This document shows, one piece after another, positions 9,355 through 18,094 of a DNA stretch of 46,049 bases. The stretch is from Thermoplasmatota archaeon (lineage in GTDB: Archaea > Thermoplasmatota > E2 > DHVEG-1 > B18-G2), in assembly GCA_029259115.1 (NCBI GenBank), contig JAPDJO010000050.1, positions 1 to 46,049 on the forward strand. Direction: 5' to 3'. The notes beneath the pieces were generated by a model. It saw only the letters and a program-made list of their open reading frames with translations. It did no database searches and was not told the DNA's origin. Both the position numbers and the translations under genes were made by a program. The first letter of the stretch is position 1, and each line of letters starts with the position of its first letter.

Positions 9355-11867
9355 GGAGGGATTTTGCAGTATCTCAAGTCATAGGCTTTTTACTATCTTT
9401 TGTGATAGCATCCTCACTTCTTGTTACTGCGATATTCTTCACTACAACTCTTGTTAGTGAAAGACTAGAGAGATCTGCAGAGATCCAAGCTACCGAGATA
9501 TTGAACAGAGTAGTTGATGCTGTAGTCGAAGCTGCTTATGTAAAACAGACTTATCCAAATGCAGATTATTGCAAAACATTGGATATACCCACATCCATAG
9601 GCGGTCACCAGTATTATATAGAATTTACAGATGACAAGATATATCTGAATTTCACGACAATGCACTCGTCCATAAACGTTTCAACATACAAGTTGGGAAT
9701 ATTGAACGTGGGTCTCTCTGGTAAGGTATACTCTTCTTCTGGTAAAGTAAAGATATATTGTAACAGGAGCCGATATCTTTACAAATTTGATTTTGGCACG
9801 GTTACATCTCCAAAATACATGAGAGAGCCATTTACTAGGGTAGGAGATAGCTGTAGCAACACCAATCCACCGTGGCCAACCCAATATGATGCTTTCAAGT
9901 ATAGGGTACCTATATTCCTTATAAACCCGAATACAGATCCTCAATACTCTACAGTTTATGATTTTCAGGTTAGGATTCAACTCGATCCGTCCACTATAGA
10001 TTATGACAAGATAAACAGCAATGGCTCTGATCTGAGATTCTATGATCCAACATCGGGAACCGAGCTGCCATACTGGATTGAGGTTTGGAAATACGGAGGG
10101 AGATCTTTTGTTTGGGTAAAGGTGCCCGAGATCTCTCATGATACTGGTAGGTTGATATACATGTATTATGGAAATAAAAAAGCCCAACCCAAGAGTAATG
10201 GATCTCAAGTTTTCTTACTCTTCGATGATTTTAACAGTAAAGACACGACTAAGTGGGCATTTAAAAATGGAAATGCGAAAGTGGAAGATGGTTTTCTCGT
10301 TTTTAATGGAGAATCTGCTGTGGTAAGTAAGACATTCACAGTGCCAGATGAATGTATAGTCTCAGCACTTGTATACTCGGTTGGAAATACAACAAGAGAG
10401 GGTAGCATATTCGTAAGATGCCAAGATCAGCTTCAATACTACAACAGTGGATATATGCTTTCTTCAGGTAATCTATCAGATCCAAGTAGAAATTTGGCAA
10501 TAATAAGAGACAATGCCACGGTAATAGCAAACTCTTCATCGAATTCTCCAATGTTAAGTGGAGTTGTCTACAAATTGGTTTTTGCTGTATGGAATGACAC
10601 ATACTTTGGGATGAGGCTGGTATATGACGATGCCTCTCAGGATTTCATTCTGGATGGAGATAGTTATGCAGCCTGTATAGATACTACTTATACTGGTGGA
10701 TATCTTGGGTTATGTGCAGCGAATGATGGAGATTTTGTAACAAAGTTTGATTGGATAATAGTTTACAAGGCGATAAATCAATCCATCAGCTACACTCTAG
10801 GTGGAGAGGACTCTAAATTTTTCTGGTGGGATGATGTAAGTGTTCTCTATGCAAGATATAACAGCAATGGAGGAGCATTGTACGGAGACTCTGTTTTTTC
10901 AAATATATCTCTAAATCCAAGCAGAAGTCCAACCACGCTTTACCTGAAGCTTCCAGATACATATCTAAGTACGTTTGATATGTTGTACAAATGGAGCTTT
11001 GAAGAAGATTTTTCAGGATCTGCTGATGGTAGATATGCCTATGAAGACGCTGGATCAGATCCCATAGAGATCCACGGGGCACAATGGGTTGAGGGTAAGT
11101 TCGGGACCGCTCTCTACTTTGATGGCTCAGATGATTATGCAAAAACGGTTTCCACAATCACAATGCCCAGAAACGTCACATTTGTAGCCTGGATAAAGCC
11201 GTATTTTGATTACAATGATGGTCTGAATCACGAGTGGTTGTACTGGAGTGCTGGAGGTACATACATGCATGCATATAAACATAGCAATGGAGAGACCTAC
11301 TTTGTTATAAATGGTCTGAACTCATGGCAGGGGGTTCATGCTGTCATTCCTTTTTCTTCAGGAGATTTCCATCTTTTTGTAGGTGTCTACAATGCTTTAA
11401 ATGATACCCTCCTGATGTACTGGGATGGAGAGCTTATAGGGACTGCATCGGGAAGCGGTCCTCTATCGACGAGTGCGGGATATCTCTATGTTGGATCAGC
11501 TGGCAGCAGTAGATTCTTCCATGGTATCATAGACGAGATAAGGATATATCAGAGAGCACTTAGTGGAGATGAGATCAGAGAGTACTATAATAAGGCAAGT
11601 CATCGAATATATAGTGTTTCTTTTGCTGTCGGTGATGAGGATAGAGATATAGATAATGAGTGGATAAATTCTTCTTACCTACAAAGAGGAAAAAAGATAG
11701 ACACCCTGTCTGGAGAATACAAAAGGGGATGGTTCTATGTAGAAGTTGATGATGGGATTCTTGATATCACATTCTATGATAGTGATTCCGGAGATGACTT
11801 TTACTGGAATATATGTATGCTTACTGTTGAGGAGGGGATAAGAGGGGTTAAGGGTGAGGGAAGATGA
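9351..11867 (+). CDS. Pilin-like protein (838 aa) with DUF2341, LamG and a split galactose-binding-like beta-sandwich
   Basis: RRDFA|VSQVIGFLLSFVIA class III signal; GSDLRFYD...LPYWIE...VWVKVP...YMYYGN...FLLFDDF (DUF2341); ALYFDGSDDY...IDEIRIYQRALS (LamG); ATGA overlap with upstream gene. Confidence 0.85.
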   Translation: MRRDFAVSQVIGFLLSFVIASSLLVTAIFFTTTLVSERLERSAEIQATEILNRVVDAVVEAAYVKQTYPNADYCKTLDIPTSIGGHQYYIEFTDDKIYLNFTTMHSSINVSTYKLGILNVGLSGKVYSSSGKVKIYCNRSRYLYKFDFGTVTSPKYMREPFTRVGDSCSNTNPPWPTQYDAFKYRVPIFLINPNTDPQYSTVYDFQVRIQLDPSTIDYDKINSNGSDLRFYDPTSGTELPYWIEVWKYGGRSFVWVKVPEISHDTGRLIYMYYGNKKAQPKSNGSQVFLLFDDFNSKDTTKWAFKNGNAKVEDGFLVFNGESAVVSKTFTVPDECIVSALVYSVGNTTREGSIFVRCQDQLQYYNSGYMLSSGNLSDPSRNLAIIRDNATVIANSSSNSPMLSGVVYKLVFAVWNDTYFGMRLVYDDASQDFILDGDSYAACIDTTYTGGYLGLCAANDGDFVTKFDWIIVYKAINQSISYTLGGEDSKFFWWDDVSVLYARYNSNGGALYGDSVFSNISLNPSRSPTTLYLKLPDTYLSTFDMLYKWSFEEDFSGSADGRYAYEDAGSDPIEIHGAQWVEGKFGTALYFDGSDDYAKTVSTITMPRNVTFVAWIKPYFDYNDGLNHEWLYWSAGGTYMHAYKHSNGETYFVINGLNSWQGVHAVIPFSSGDFHLFVGVYNALNDTLLMYWDGELIGTASGSGPLSTSAGYLYVGSAGSSRFFHGIIDEIRIYQRALSGDEIREYYNKASHRIYSVSFAVGDEDRDIDNEWINSSYLQRGKKIDTLSGEYKRGWFYVEVDDGILDITFYDSDSGDDFYWNICMLTVEEGIRGVKGEGR

Positions 11868-12307
11868 ACTGTAAGGCACAGTTCAATGTTATAGAAGCAA
11901 TAATCGCTGTTGGTATAGTGTTTGCAGCGATATACATAGTTTCTTCGATGGTCGGAAGCCCTGTAATAACAACAGCAAGCACAACAAACCAGTTGAAGGT
12001 ATTGGCAGATGATATTCTGAGATCACTGGATGCGAGGAACGAATCAATACCTCCGAGATATCATCATAGTCTCCTTGTCAAGTACATAGCTGAGAGGGAT
12101 ATCTCTTCTCTCACTTCCATAATAAACGATACCATTCCACCTACAGCTCTCTATAATCTCTACCTATATAACGCATCTAATCGCACCACAACGCTTCTAT
12201 ATCCAAGTAATGCCCTACCCCCAACTGGAAATGTTGCGAAGGCTAACAGGATGATAGTCTACGATGGCTATATCTATGAGGTTGAGTTGGAGGTGTGGAC
12301 GGTATGA
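11864..12307 (+). CDS. Small pilin-like protein (class III signal peptide, Gln at +1, Glu at +6)
   Basis: MNCKA|QFNVIEAIIAVGIVFAAIYIV; C-terminal YEVELEVW beta-strand typical of euryarchaeal minor pilins; ATGA coupling. Confidence 0.8.
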   Translation: MNCKAQFNVIEAIIAVGIVFAAIYIVSSMVGSPVITTASTTNQLKVLADDILRSLDARNESIPPRYHHSLLVKYIAERDISSLTSIINDTIPPTALYNLYLYNASNRTTTLLYPSNALPPTGNVAKANRMIVYDGYIYEVELEVWTV

Positions 12308-12798
12308 GACTAAAGAAACATTTAAATAATATAAGTTACAGAGTATATAGTGAGGAGAAAAATGCTGTCATACCTCATGCCATCATATATCAAGGTGAGG
12401 AGGGACAGATGATGTTGTTAACATCTGTCCTGATAGCAGTTGGAGTTATTCTTCTCTCTTCGATAGCTCTATCTCTGTCAAATATCGGCACCCTACTCCC
12501 TGTAGAAAAAAGCAGATCTTTACTTCCAGAGTATGAGAATATAAGAGACAAACTTGGAGACTATTTCGATGATCTCATAAGCGAGAACGCATCGGATATG
12601 AAATGGATAACCTATGTGTTCAACAGAGCAAAAGAGGAAATATTCTTCATAGAGTCCAAACACATGAGATACTTTGACGCTACTTTGGATAGAATCACCT
12701 ATCTAGCAAATGGTGATGTGGAGATAGTTGTGGACCTCTATCTGAGAGATGATGTTTCCTCTATAAATGAGGAGGTGGTATACCGAGTAAAAGTTTAG
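12304..12798 (+). CDS. Small pilin-like protein with an unusually long leader
   Basis: EEG|QMMLLTSVLIAVGVILLSSIALSL class III-type site; start placed at ATG 12304, which overlaps the upstream stop (ATGA). Confidence 0.72.
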   Translation: MRLKKHLNNISYRVYSEEKNAVIPHAIIYQGEEGQMMLLTSVLIAVGVILLSSIALSLSNIGTLLPVEKSRSLLPEYENIRDKLGDYFDDLISENASDMKWITYVFNRAKEEIFFIESKHMRYFDATLDRITYLANGDVEIVVDLYLRDDVSSINEEVVYRVKV

Positions 12799-12802
12799 TG
12801 AG

Positions 12803-12836
12803 GTATATAAATTATAATTAAGTTTAAATATTAATA
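12803..12836 (+). promoter_or_regulatory. AT-rich TATA-like tract; possible internal promoter for the double-Hint pilin gene
   Basis: GTATATAAATTATAATTAAGTTTAAATATTAAT in the only uncoupled gap among the pilin genes. Confidence 0.35.
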
Positions 12837-12861
12837 TGTGTATATGGAATATGGTGAGAAT

Positions 12862-15800
12862 ATGAGAAGGTTGTATGGAGATAGGAGGGGGGTTGCTTCA
12901 CCTTTAGAGTTCACAACAGCCTTTGCTGTATTCTTTGTAGCATTCGCTTTAATGGCGGTGTATGTTGGTAATGTCCTTGCACCTTTTGAAACAAACAACG
13001 CAAATTATGAAGCCGTAGCTATAGAGATAGCAGAGAAATTGGTGAACAATCCAGGGAGAACATTAAAGGGAAATGTTGAGTGGGAACTAGAGCCTGACCA
13101 GCTAGCATATCTTGGTTTAGCGATGCCAAAGCCAGTATACGATGTGTATTTCTATGGAAACGGAACCATAGAGGTGGTGGTTGACAAGGTAAATGAATAC
13201 TTTGATCTAGCAGTTGAAGACCTCTCATACTCCCCAAGAACACCAACAGTGATAGAAGGCTCGAAGATATACGTATCTTTCAAGGTAAAGAATCTTATGA
13301 GTGGTAATGCATCTGCGTTTAACTACACGGTCCAGATAGACAATTATGTTCAGTATCAGGGAAGATACAACAAGAGTCTAGCACCTGGAGAGGTTGCAAG
13401 CTTTGACAACATAGAGGCAACCGTTCCTTCCGATGGAAAGAGCTATTATGTCCTGATGGTTTCAATCTTCCCAGATGTTCAGGATGCGGATATATCAAAT
13501 AACGCAGCATCCCTAACACTAATTGTTGAAAGCGGAGGAGATACTGACACAGACATAGATACGGATATAGATGGAGATAGCGACTGGTTGGTGATAGAAA
13601 TAGATGGTCCAACGAGCATCTATGTTCCTATAAATCCGAGAACAGGTTCACAGACCGGTAGTATAGGTGGAAGCACATCATCTGGAGGAATAAAATACGC
13701 GAATGTGACCGCTACTTATACGGTTGAGAGATTAGAGAGGAACAGTGGAGCGTCTGTTGCGTTACCTGTTTACTTCTGGTGGACAGGTGGTCCCTCTGGA
13801 CCAGCGGAGGGGTTAGAACTCCGATCATATAAGGTTACCTTCACCAAGGACGATGAAGGAAATCACATGATATCCTGCAGTGCAAGAGATGCTGAGGGCG
13901 TGACAGGTGATGCTCGCTCACTACTAGTTCATGTCGAGGTTGAGAAGATAACTGTTGTGATAAACGGTCCTACCAATGTAGAGGCTGGCAGAATATATAC
14001 GTATACGATAACAGCATATCATAATGGTGAGGAATTCTGGTTAGCTGGCAGATCTCGAGCTTATGATGTGCATTGGTCAACAAATGGACTAGTTAGCGAG
14101 GGATTCAATGGAGCTTGGTACAAATGGAATGAACCAGGCAACTACACTGTGGCTGTGTGGGGTAAGATAGACTATAAAGGAGAGATACTTGGATATCCTT
14201 TCTACGCATCGATATCTGTAAGAGTAAATGGCTCAGATTCATCTGACACATGTTTCCTAGCAGGAACAAAGATACTGATGGCTGATGGAACAACTAAGAA
14301 CATAGAAGACGTTAAAGTAGGAGATCTTGTGAAGTCTTATGATACTGAAACTGGAGAAATTAAGGTGAGTAAGGTTACAGAGGTGTTCCATCACAGCCCA
14401 GATGAGATGGGAGATTACTATCTAGTGATAAACAACGAACTCAAAGTAACTCCGAATCATCCGTTCTATGTCAATGGAAAATGGATTCCAGCAGAAGAGA
14501 TAAAGGTTGGAGATGTGCTGGGAACAATGAAGGTTAAATCCATAGAGAAGGTTTACAAGAAGGTTCCAACATACAACATAGAGGTTGAGCCGTATCACAG
14601 TTACATTCTTGCATTCTCAAATCTAGTGGTTCACAATGGTGCAGCTTCTGGATCACAGACAGGTAGTGGCTCGGTAACACCTCTTTACAGTCTGTCTGTA
14701 GGTGTAACTCCTTCATCTGCTGGATATGTTGATATAACTCCAGCAAAGAATGGTTACTCAAGTGGAGAGACAGTTACTCTGGAGGCAAAGGCATATTCTG
14801 GATACACCTTTGATCACTGGTCTGGAGATGCGAGCGGAGATAATCCAAAGATAACTATAACGATGAACTCAAACAAACAGGTTACCGCTGTTTTCAGGTC
14901 AACTAGTGGAGCTGGAGCTGTACAGGGAACTCAACAATCAGCAAATGCTGTTCTTGTCCCATTGAACGGAGACATATCTGGAGGATCTGGAGGACCAAGT
15001 TTGGATCTCGGTGGGACTGCAGAATCTCTAGGAAATGTGTTAGTAATTACTGGAAACAAGGGAAGCACAAGCAATCCCTTCTACAGTACACCTGTAGGCA
15101 CCCAGCAGGTAAATGTAAATCCATTCAACGGTGGAGAGAACACATGCTTCCTAGCAGGGACAAAGATACTGATGGCTGATGGATCTCTAAAGAACATAGA
15201 AGATGTCAAAGTTGGAGATCTTGTGAAGTCTTATGATACTGAGACTGGAGAGATAAAGACAGGAAAGGTCACGAAGGTATTCCACTTCGGTGCTGACAAG
15301 ATGGGATACTACTACCTGAAAATAAATGGCAATCTAATGTTAACTCCAAACCACATGCTCTATGTCAATGGAAGATGGACTCCTGCTGGAGAGGTAAAGG
15401 TTGGAGATACACTCGGATTTGGAACAAAGGTTTACAGCATAGAGAAGGTATACTATGATTTCAGACCCGTTTATGATCTTGAGGTCGAGCCTTACCACAA
15501 CTACATGGTTCTCACCTCATCCGGTACAGTACTTGCCCACAATGCTACAGCATCCGCGATACTGATAGAGGGAGCCAGTGCTGATAGTGGAGACTCTCAG
15601 CTTGTAGACTCTTCAAGTACAGCAGGAATCGAGGAAGAGGCAAATACAGACGATGATGTAGGTGATAGTGATGATAGCGATATAGATGAGCCTCAGGAGG
15701 AGACAGATACGGAAGAGGAACTTGATGAAGATGTTCAGATCCTGCCGAAAGGTGACTCCACAACTTACGTCTACAACGGAACATCTGTAGATCCATCTGC

Positions 15801-16236
15801 AAAGATTTCAATAATGATATCAAGAATGTACGAGATGGTCCCGAAACCATCTGGAGGAAGTAATGACTGTAGATACAGGAGAATTGAGTATTCTGGGACA
15901 ACAACATCAGGAATACCTTTCCTTAGGGTACTGATGACATCAACTAAGGAAGTGAGCTACGCTACGATAATGCCTGAGAAGATAGAGGCTCTAAGATACA
16001 TACCTTATGAGAAGGCAAAGGATGCGTTACTCGGAGATGCTGGTATAAACGATGTTGACTTCATGATAAGAATAACGAGACTCGATGGATCAGAGATACT
16101 CAGCTATGGTGCTCAATACAAGGATTCATCAACAGCGATTGCAAGTTACAGTAGACAGATAGTGATATATCCAAACGAGATCCTAGAATACGACGGCTTT
16201 ATACCAGCAATACTAACGGTAACGGTATTCAAGTAA
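12862..16236 (+). CDS. Large pilin-like protein (~1124 aa): class III signal, CARDB, Ig/PKD-like domains, two Hint domains flanking an InlB B-repeat, acidic linker, pilin-scaffold C-terminus
   Basis: MRRLYGDRRG|VASPLEFTTAFAVFFVAF; GGTGA SD before ATG 12862; CARDB (DLAVEDLSYSP...DADISNNAAS); two CFLAGTKILMADG...HN units; YTFDHWSGDASG B-repeat. Confidence 0.87.
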   Translation: MRRLYGDRRGVASPLEFTTAFAVFFVAFALMAVYVGNVLAPFETNNANYEAVAIEIAEKLVNNPGRTLKGNVEWELEPDQLAYLGLAMPKPVYDVYFYGNGTIEVVVDKVNEYFDLAVEDLSYSPRTPTVIEGSKIYVSFKVKNLMSGNASAFNYTVQIDNYVQYQGRYNKSLAPGEVASFDNIEATVPSDGKSYYVLMVSIFPDVQDADISNNAASLTLIVESGGDTDTDIDTDIDGDSDWLVIEIDGPTSIYVPINPRTGSQTGSIGGSTSSGGIKYANVTATYTVERLERNSGASVALPVYFWWTGGPSGPAEGLELRSYKVTFTKDDEGNHMISCSARDAEGVTGDARSLLVHVEVEKITVVINGPTNVEAGRIYTYTITAYHNGEEFWLAGRSRAYDVHWSTNGLVSEGFNGAWYKWNEPGNYTVAVWGKIDYKGEILGYPFYASISVRVNGSDSSDTCFLAGTKILMADGTTKNIEDVKVGDLVKSYDTETGEIKVSKVTEVFHHSPDEMGDYYLVINNELKVTPNHPFYVNGKWIPAEEIKVGDVLGTMKVKSIEKVYKKVPTYNIEVEPYHSYILAFSNLVVHNGAASGSQTGSGSVTPLYSLSVGVTPSSAGYVDITPAKNGYSSGETVTLEAKAYSGYTFDHWSGDASGDNPKITITMNSNKQVTAVFRSTSGAGAVQGTQQSANAVLVPLNGDISGGSGGPSLDLGGTAESLGNVLVITGNKGSTSNPFYSTPVGTQQVNVNPFNGGENTCFLAGTKILMADGSLKNIEDVKVGDLVKSYDTETGEIKTGKVTKVFHFGADKMGYYYLKINGNLMLTPNHMLYVNGRWTPAGEVKVGDTLGFGTKVYSIEKVYYDFRPVYDLEVEPYHNYMVLTSSGTVLAHNATASAILIEGASADSGDSQLVDSSSTAGIEEEANTDDDVGDSDDSDIDEPQEETDTEEELDEDVQILPKGDSTTYVYNGTSVDPSAKISIMISRMYEMVPKPSGGSNDCRYRRIEYSGTTTSGIPFLRVLMTSTKEVSYATIMPEKIEALRYIPYEKAKDALLGDAGINDVDFMIRITRLDGSEILSYGAQYKDSSTAIASYSRQIVIYPNEILEYDGFIPAILTVTVFK
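13540..13584 (+). repeat. Asp-X dipeptide repeat linker (DTDTDIDTDIDGDSD)
   Basis: Degenerate 6-bp periodicity (gat act gac aca gac ata gat acg gat ata ...). Confidence 0.7.
14251..14637 (+). other. Hint (BIL-A/PT-HINT-like) domain 1; ends His-Asn, +1 residue Gly
   Basis: CFLAGTKILMADG...VTPNHP...TYNIEVEPYHSY...VVHN|GAASG; 129 aa. Confidence 0.92.
15145..15543 (+). other. Hint (BIL-A/PT-HINT-like) domain 2; ends His-Asn, +1 residue Ala
   Basis: CFLAGTKILMADG...LTPNHM...VYDLEVEPYHNY...LAHN|ATASA; 133 aa; first 38 aa are 36/38 identical to Hint 1. Confidence 0.92.
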
Positions 16237-16239
16237 TCT

Positions 16240-18066
16240 CTACTCCTTTTCTTTTAAAAGTTGCAGATAAAAGTTCGCAACGTGAGCTATGGTATCTATT
16301 CTAAACCACTGTCTCGTTAGCTTGAATCTTATTCCACCTACTGCCAGAGAGATATTTTTATAGCAGTAGCTTGAGTAATCTGTATTCACAAGATGCATCT
16401 CGTTTACTGCTGCCAGTTCCATTGCCTGCATTATCTTCTCCTGAAGATCTTCTTTTCCTTTCATCTTTGCTAATCTGTATGCATGGATTAAGCCTTCACT
16501 TCTTGATCCATCTGGATAGACATGGTCTCCATAATCGTAGTAGTATCCTCCTAGGTAGTCTGGATAAAGAGAGTTGTTGAACTTATACTGATGCTGAATC
16601 ATCTTTTCAGCTTCATTAAATACGAATTTTATATAATCATCCTCGTTCTTGAATGATTTGATCTTTAACCATTCGAGTATAGCTCCCATTATCCATGATG
16701 TCATCGGTAACTCTCTCAACATATAGTCATACTTGTCATACATCCTGTAGACCAAGAAATCTATAGCCTTCTCAGCCTTCTCAGAAATCTCTTCCTTCAA
16801 ACTCTCGTTCTCACAGATTCTGTAAAAGTCTGCCAGACCTATCAGAGCTTCTCCAGGGTAGTATGTGTTGAAGAAATAACTTTCATTTATCCTATCTTTC
16901 ATGGGATGTATGTAGTAGTATTCAAACTCTCCGCTATCTTTAAGCTGTGCAAGTATATGTCTAGCTAAACCTTCTGATATTGGATAAAAGGTATTGTTTC
17001 CTGTGTATCTCTGATATCTGCTTAGCAAAGACAAAGCTAAGCCGTTTCCACCAAGTTTTGATTGCTGATTATAGAATACATAAAGACCTTTTGGCTTACC
17101 GTTTATCCATCTTACTTGGAGATGCTTTAAGATAAGTTTTATTCCTTTTTTCACAGCTTCTATGTAGCTCTGATTTTTGGTTTCTTGATAGAGATCTAAA
17201 AGAAAGATCAGAGTTCCAGAATGCCTTACTAGATTGTAATCCCCTAAATCAGCATATCCCAGATGACTCTCAACATAGTATATGAATCTCCCATCATCTC
17301 TCTGATGCTTGACAAGCCAATTTGCTGATTTTATGATAACATCCCTTAAGTCATACAAAGTGTATCTGTCTTCTATTGGATAACCTCGGTAGAGAGGAAG
17401 TACTCTATTCTTATAGAGAAGAAGACTCCTCGTTCTGAACTTGTAAAACGTGGAGTTTTTACTCACATTGTAATACATCTCGAGATATTTCAAGACCGAG
17501 TTTATATTTAGCATGCTTTTCGTGTATGCATCGGTTGGAAGGAAAAATATCATACTATCATTTTTCTCAACAGCCAGACCATCCACACCTATCTCCCATC
17601 TGTTTGAGAGGTTAAGGGTTTTTCCGGATACATTGTTTATATCTATCCTTTCCAGATTCGATACTATAACTTCCAGAACTATGCTGGAGTTTTTATCAAA
17701 GCCGGTTAGATTTGTTCTTAGAAGATCTATGCAGTTTCTTAAACTCTCTTGGAAGGTTTTGTTGATAGAGTATGCTCTTCTCTCCTTTCCATCTTTATAT
17801 AAAGTTATGAATACCCAGGAATATGTTCTGTTGAAGGAAAATGAAAAATTTTTGAGATCATCGATTGATAAGGTTTCGTTTTCAAATATCGATCTTTTTA
17901 TCCTCTGCATAAGCTTTATGTCATCATCTGTAACAATCCTGAGGTCTCCGTACAGATAGTTGTAGGGTAGAGAGATATCTATCCCTTTGTTTTTCTGCTC
18001 AAAGCATCCATAGAGAGAAGAGAGAACGAGGAAGAGGGACAGGGATATGGTGAAGTATTTCTTCAT
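16240..18066 (-). CDS. Lipoprotein with an AMMECR1-like N-terminal region and a probable (alpha/alpha)6 barrel; function unknown
   Basis: Lipobox LSSLYG|C; VFITLYKDG and WEIGVDGL (AMMECR1-like); YNLVRHSGT, KLGGNGLAL, YYPGEALI and RIDTIAH helical-barrel motifs. Confidence 0.65.
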   Translation of the reverse strand: MKKYFTISLSLFLVLSSLYGCFEQKNKGIDISLPYNYLYGDLRIVTDDDIKLMQRIKRSIFENETLSIDDLKNFSFSFNRTYSWVFITLYKDGKERRAYSINKTFQESLRNCIDLLRTNLTGFDKNSSIVLEVIVSNLERIDINNVSGKTLNLSNRWEIGVDGLAVEKNDSMIFFLPTDAYTKSMLNINSVLKYLEMYYNVSKNSTFYKFRTRSLLLYKNRVLPLYRGYPIEDRYTLYDLRDVIIKSANWLVKHQRDDGRFIYYVESHLGYADLGDYNLVRHSGTLIFLLDLYQETKNQSYIEAVKKGIKLILKHLQVRWINGKPKGLYVFYNQQSKLGGNGLALSLLSRYQRYTGNNTFYPISEGLARHILAQLKDSGEFEYYYIHPMKDRINESYFFNTYYPGEALIGLADFYRICENESLKEEISEKAEKAIDFLVYRMYDKYDYMLRELPMTSWIMGAILEWLKIKSFKNEDDYIKFVFNEAEKMIQHQYKFNNSLYPDYLGGYYYDYGDHVYPDGSRSEGLIHAYRLAKMKGKEDLQEKIMQAMELAAVNEMHLVNTDYSSYCYKNISLAVGGIRFKLTRQWFRIDTIAHVANFYLQLLKEKE

Positions 18067-18094
18067 ATGCTGGATTGATATGCCTCTACTCTTT

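Noticed and set aside
7963-15543. Hints as ordinary selfish inteins
   Set aside because: No homing endonuclease, no +1 Cys/Ser/Thr, one lacks the terminal Asn, and they sit in variable extracellular linkers rather than conserved enzyme motifs.
14251-16236. Polymorphic toxin with PT-HINT
   Set aside because: The sequences after the Hints are a B-repeat, linkers and the pilin C-terminal half. No recognisable toxin domain and no small downstream immunity gene.
2446-16236. Diversity-generating retroelement target
   Set aside because: No reverse transcriptase in the window and no TR/VR pair. Differences between the Hint repeats are mostly synonymous third-position changes, not adenine-specific.
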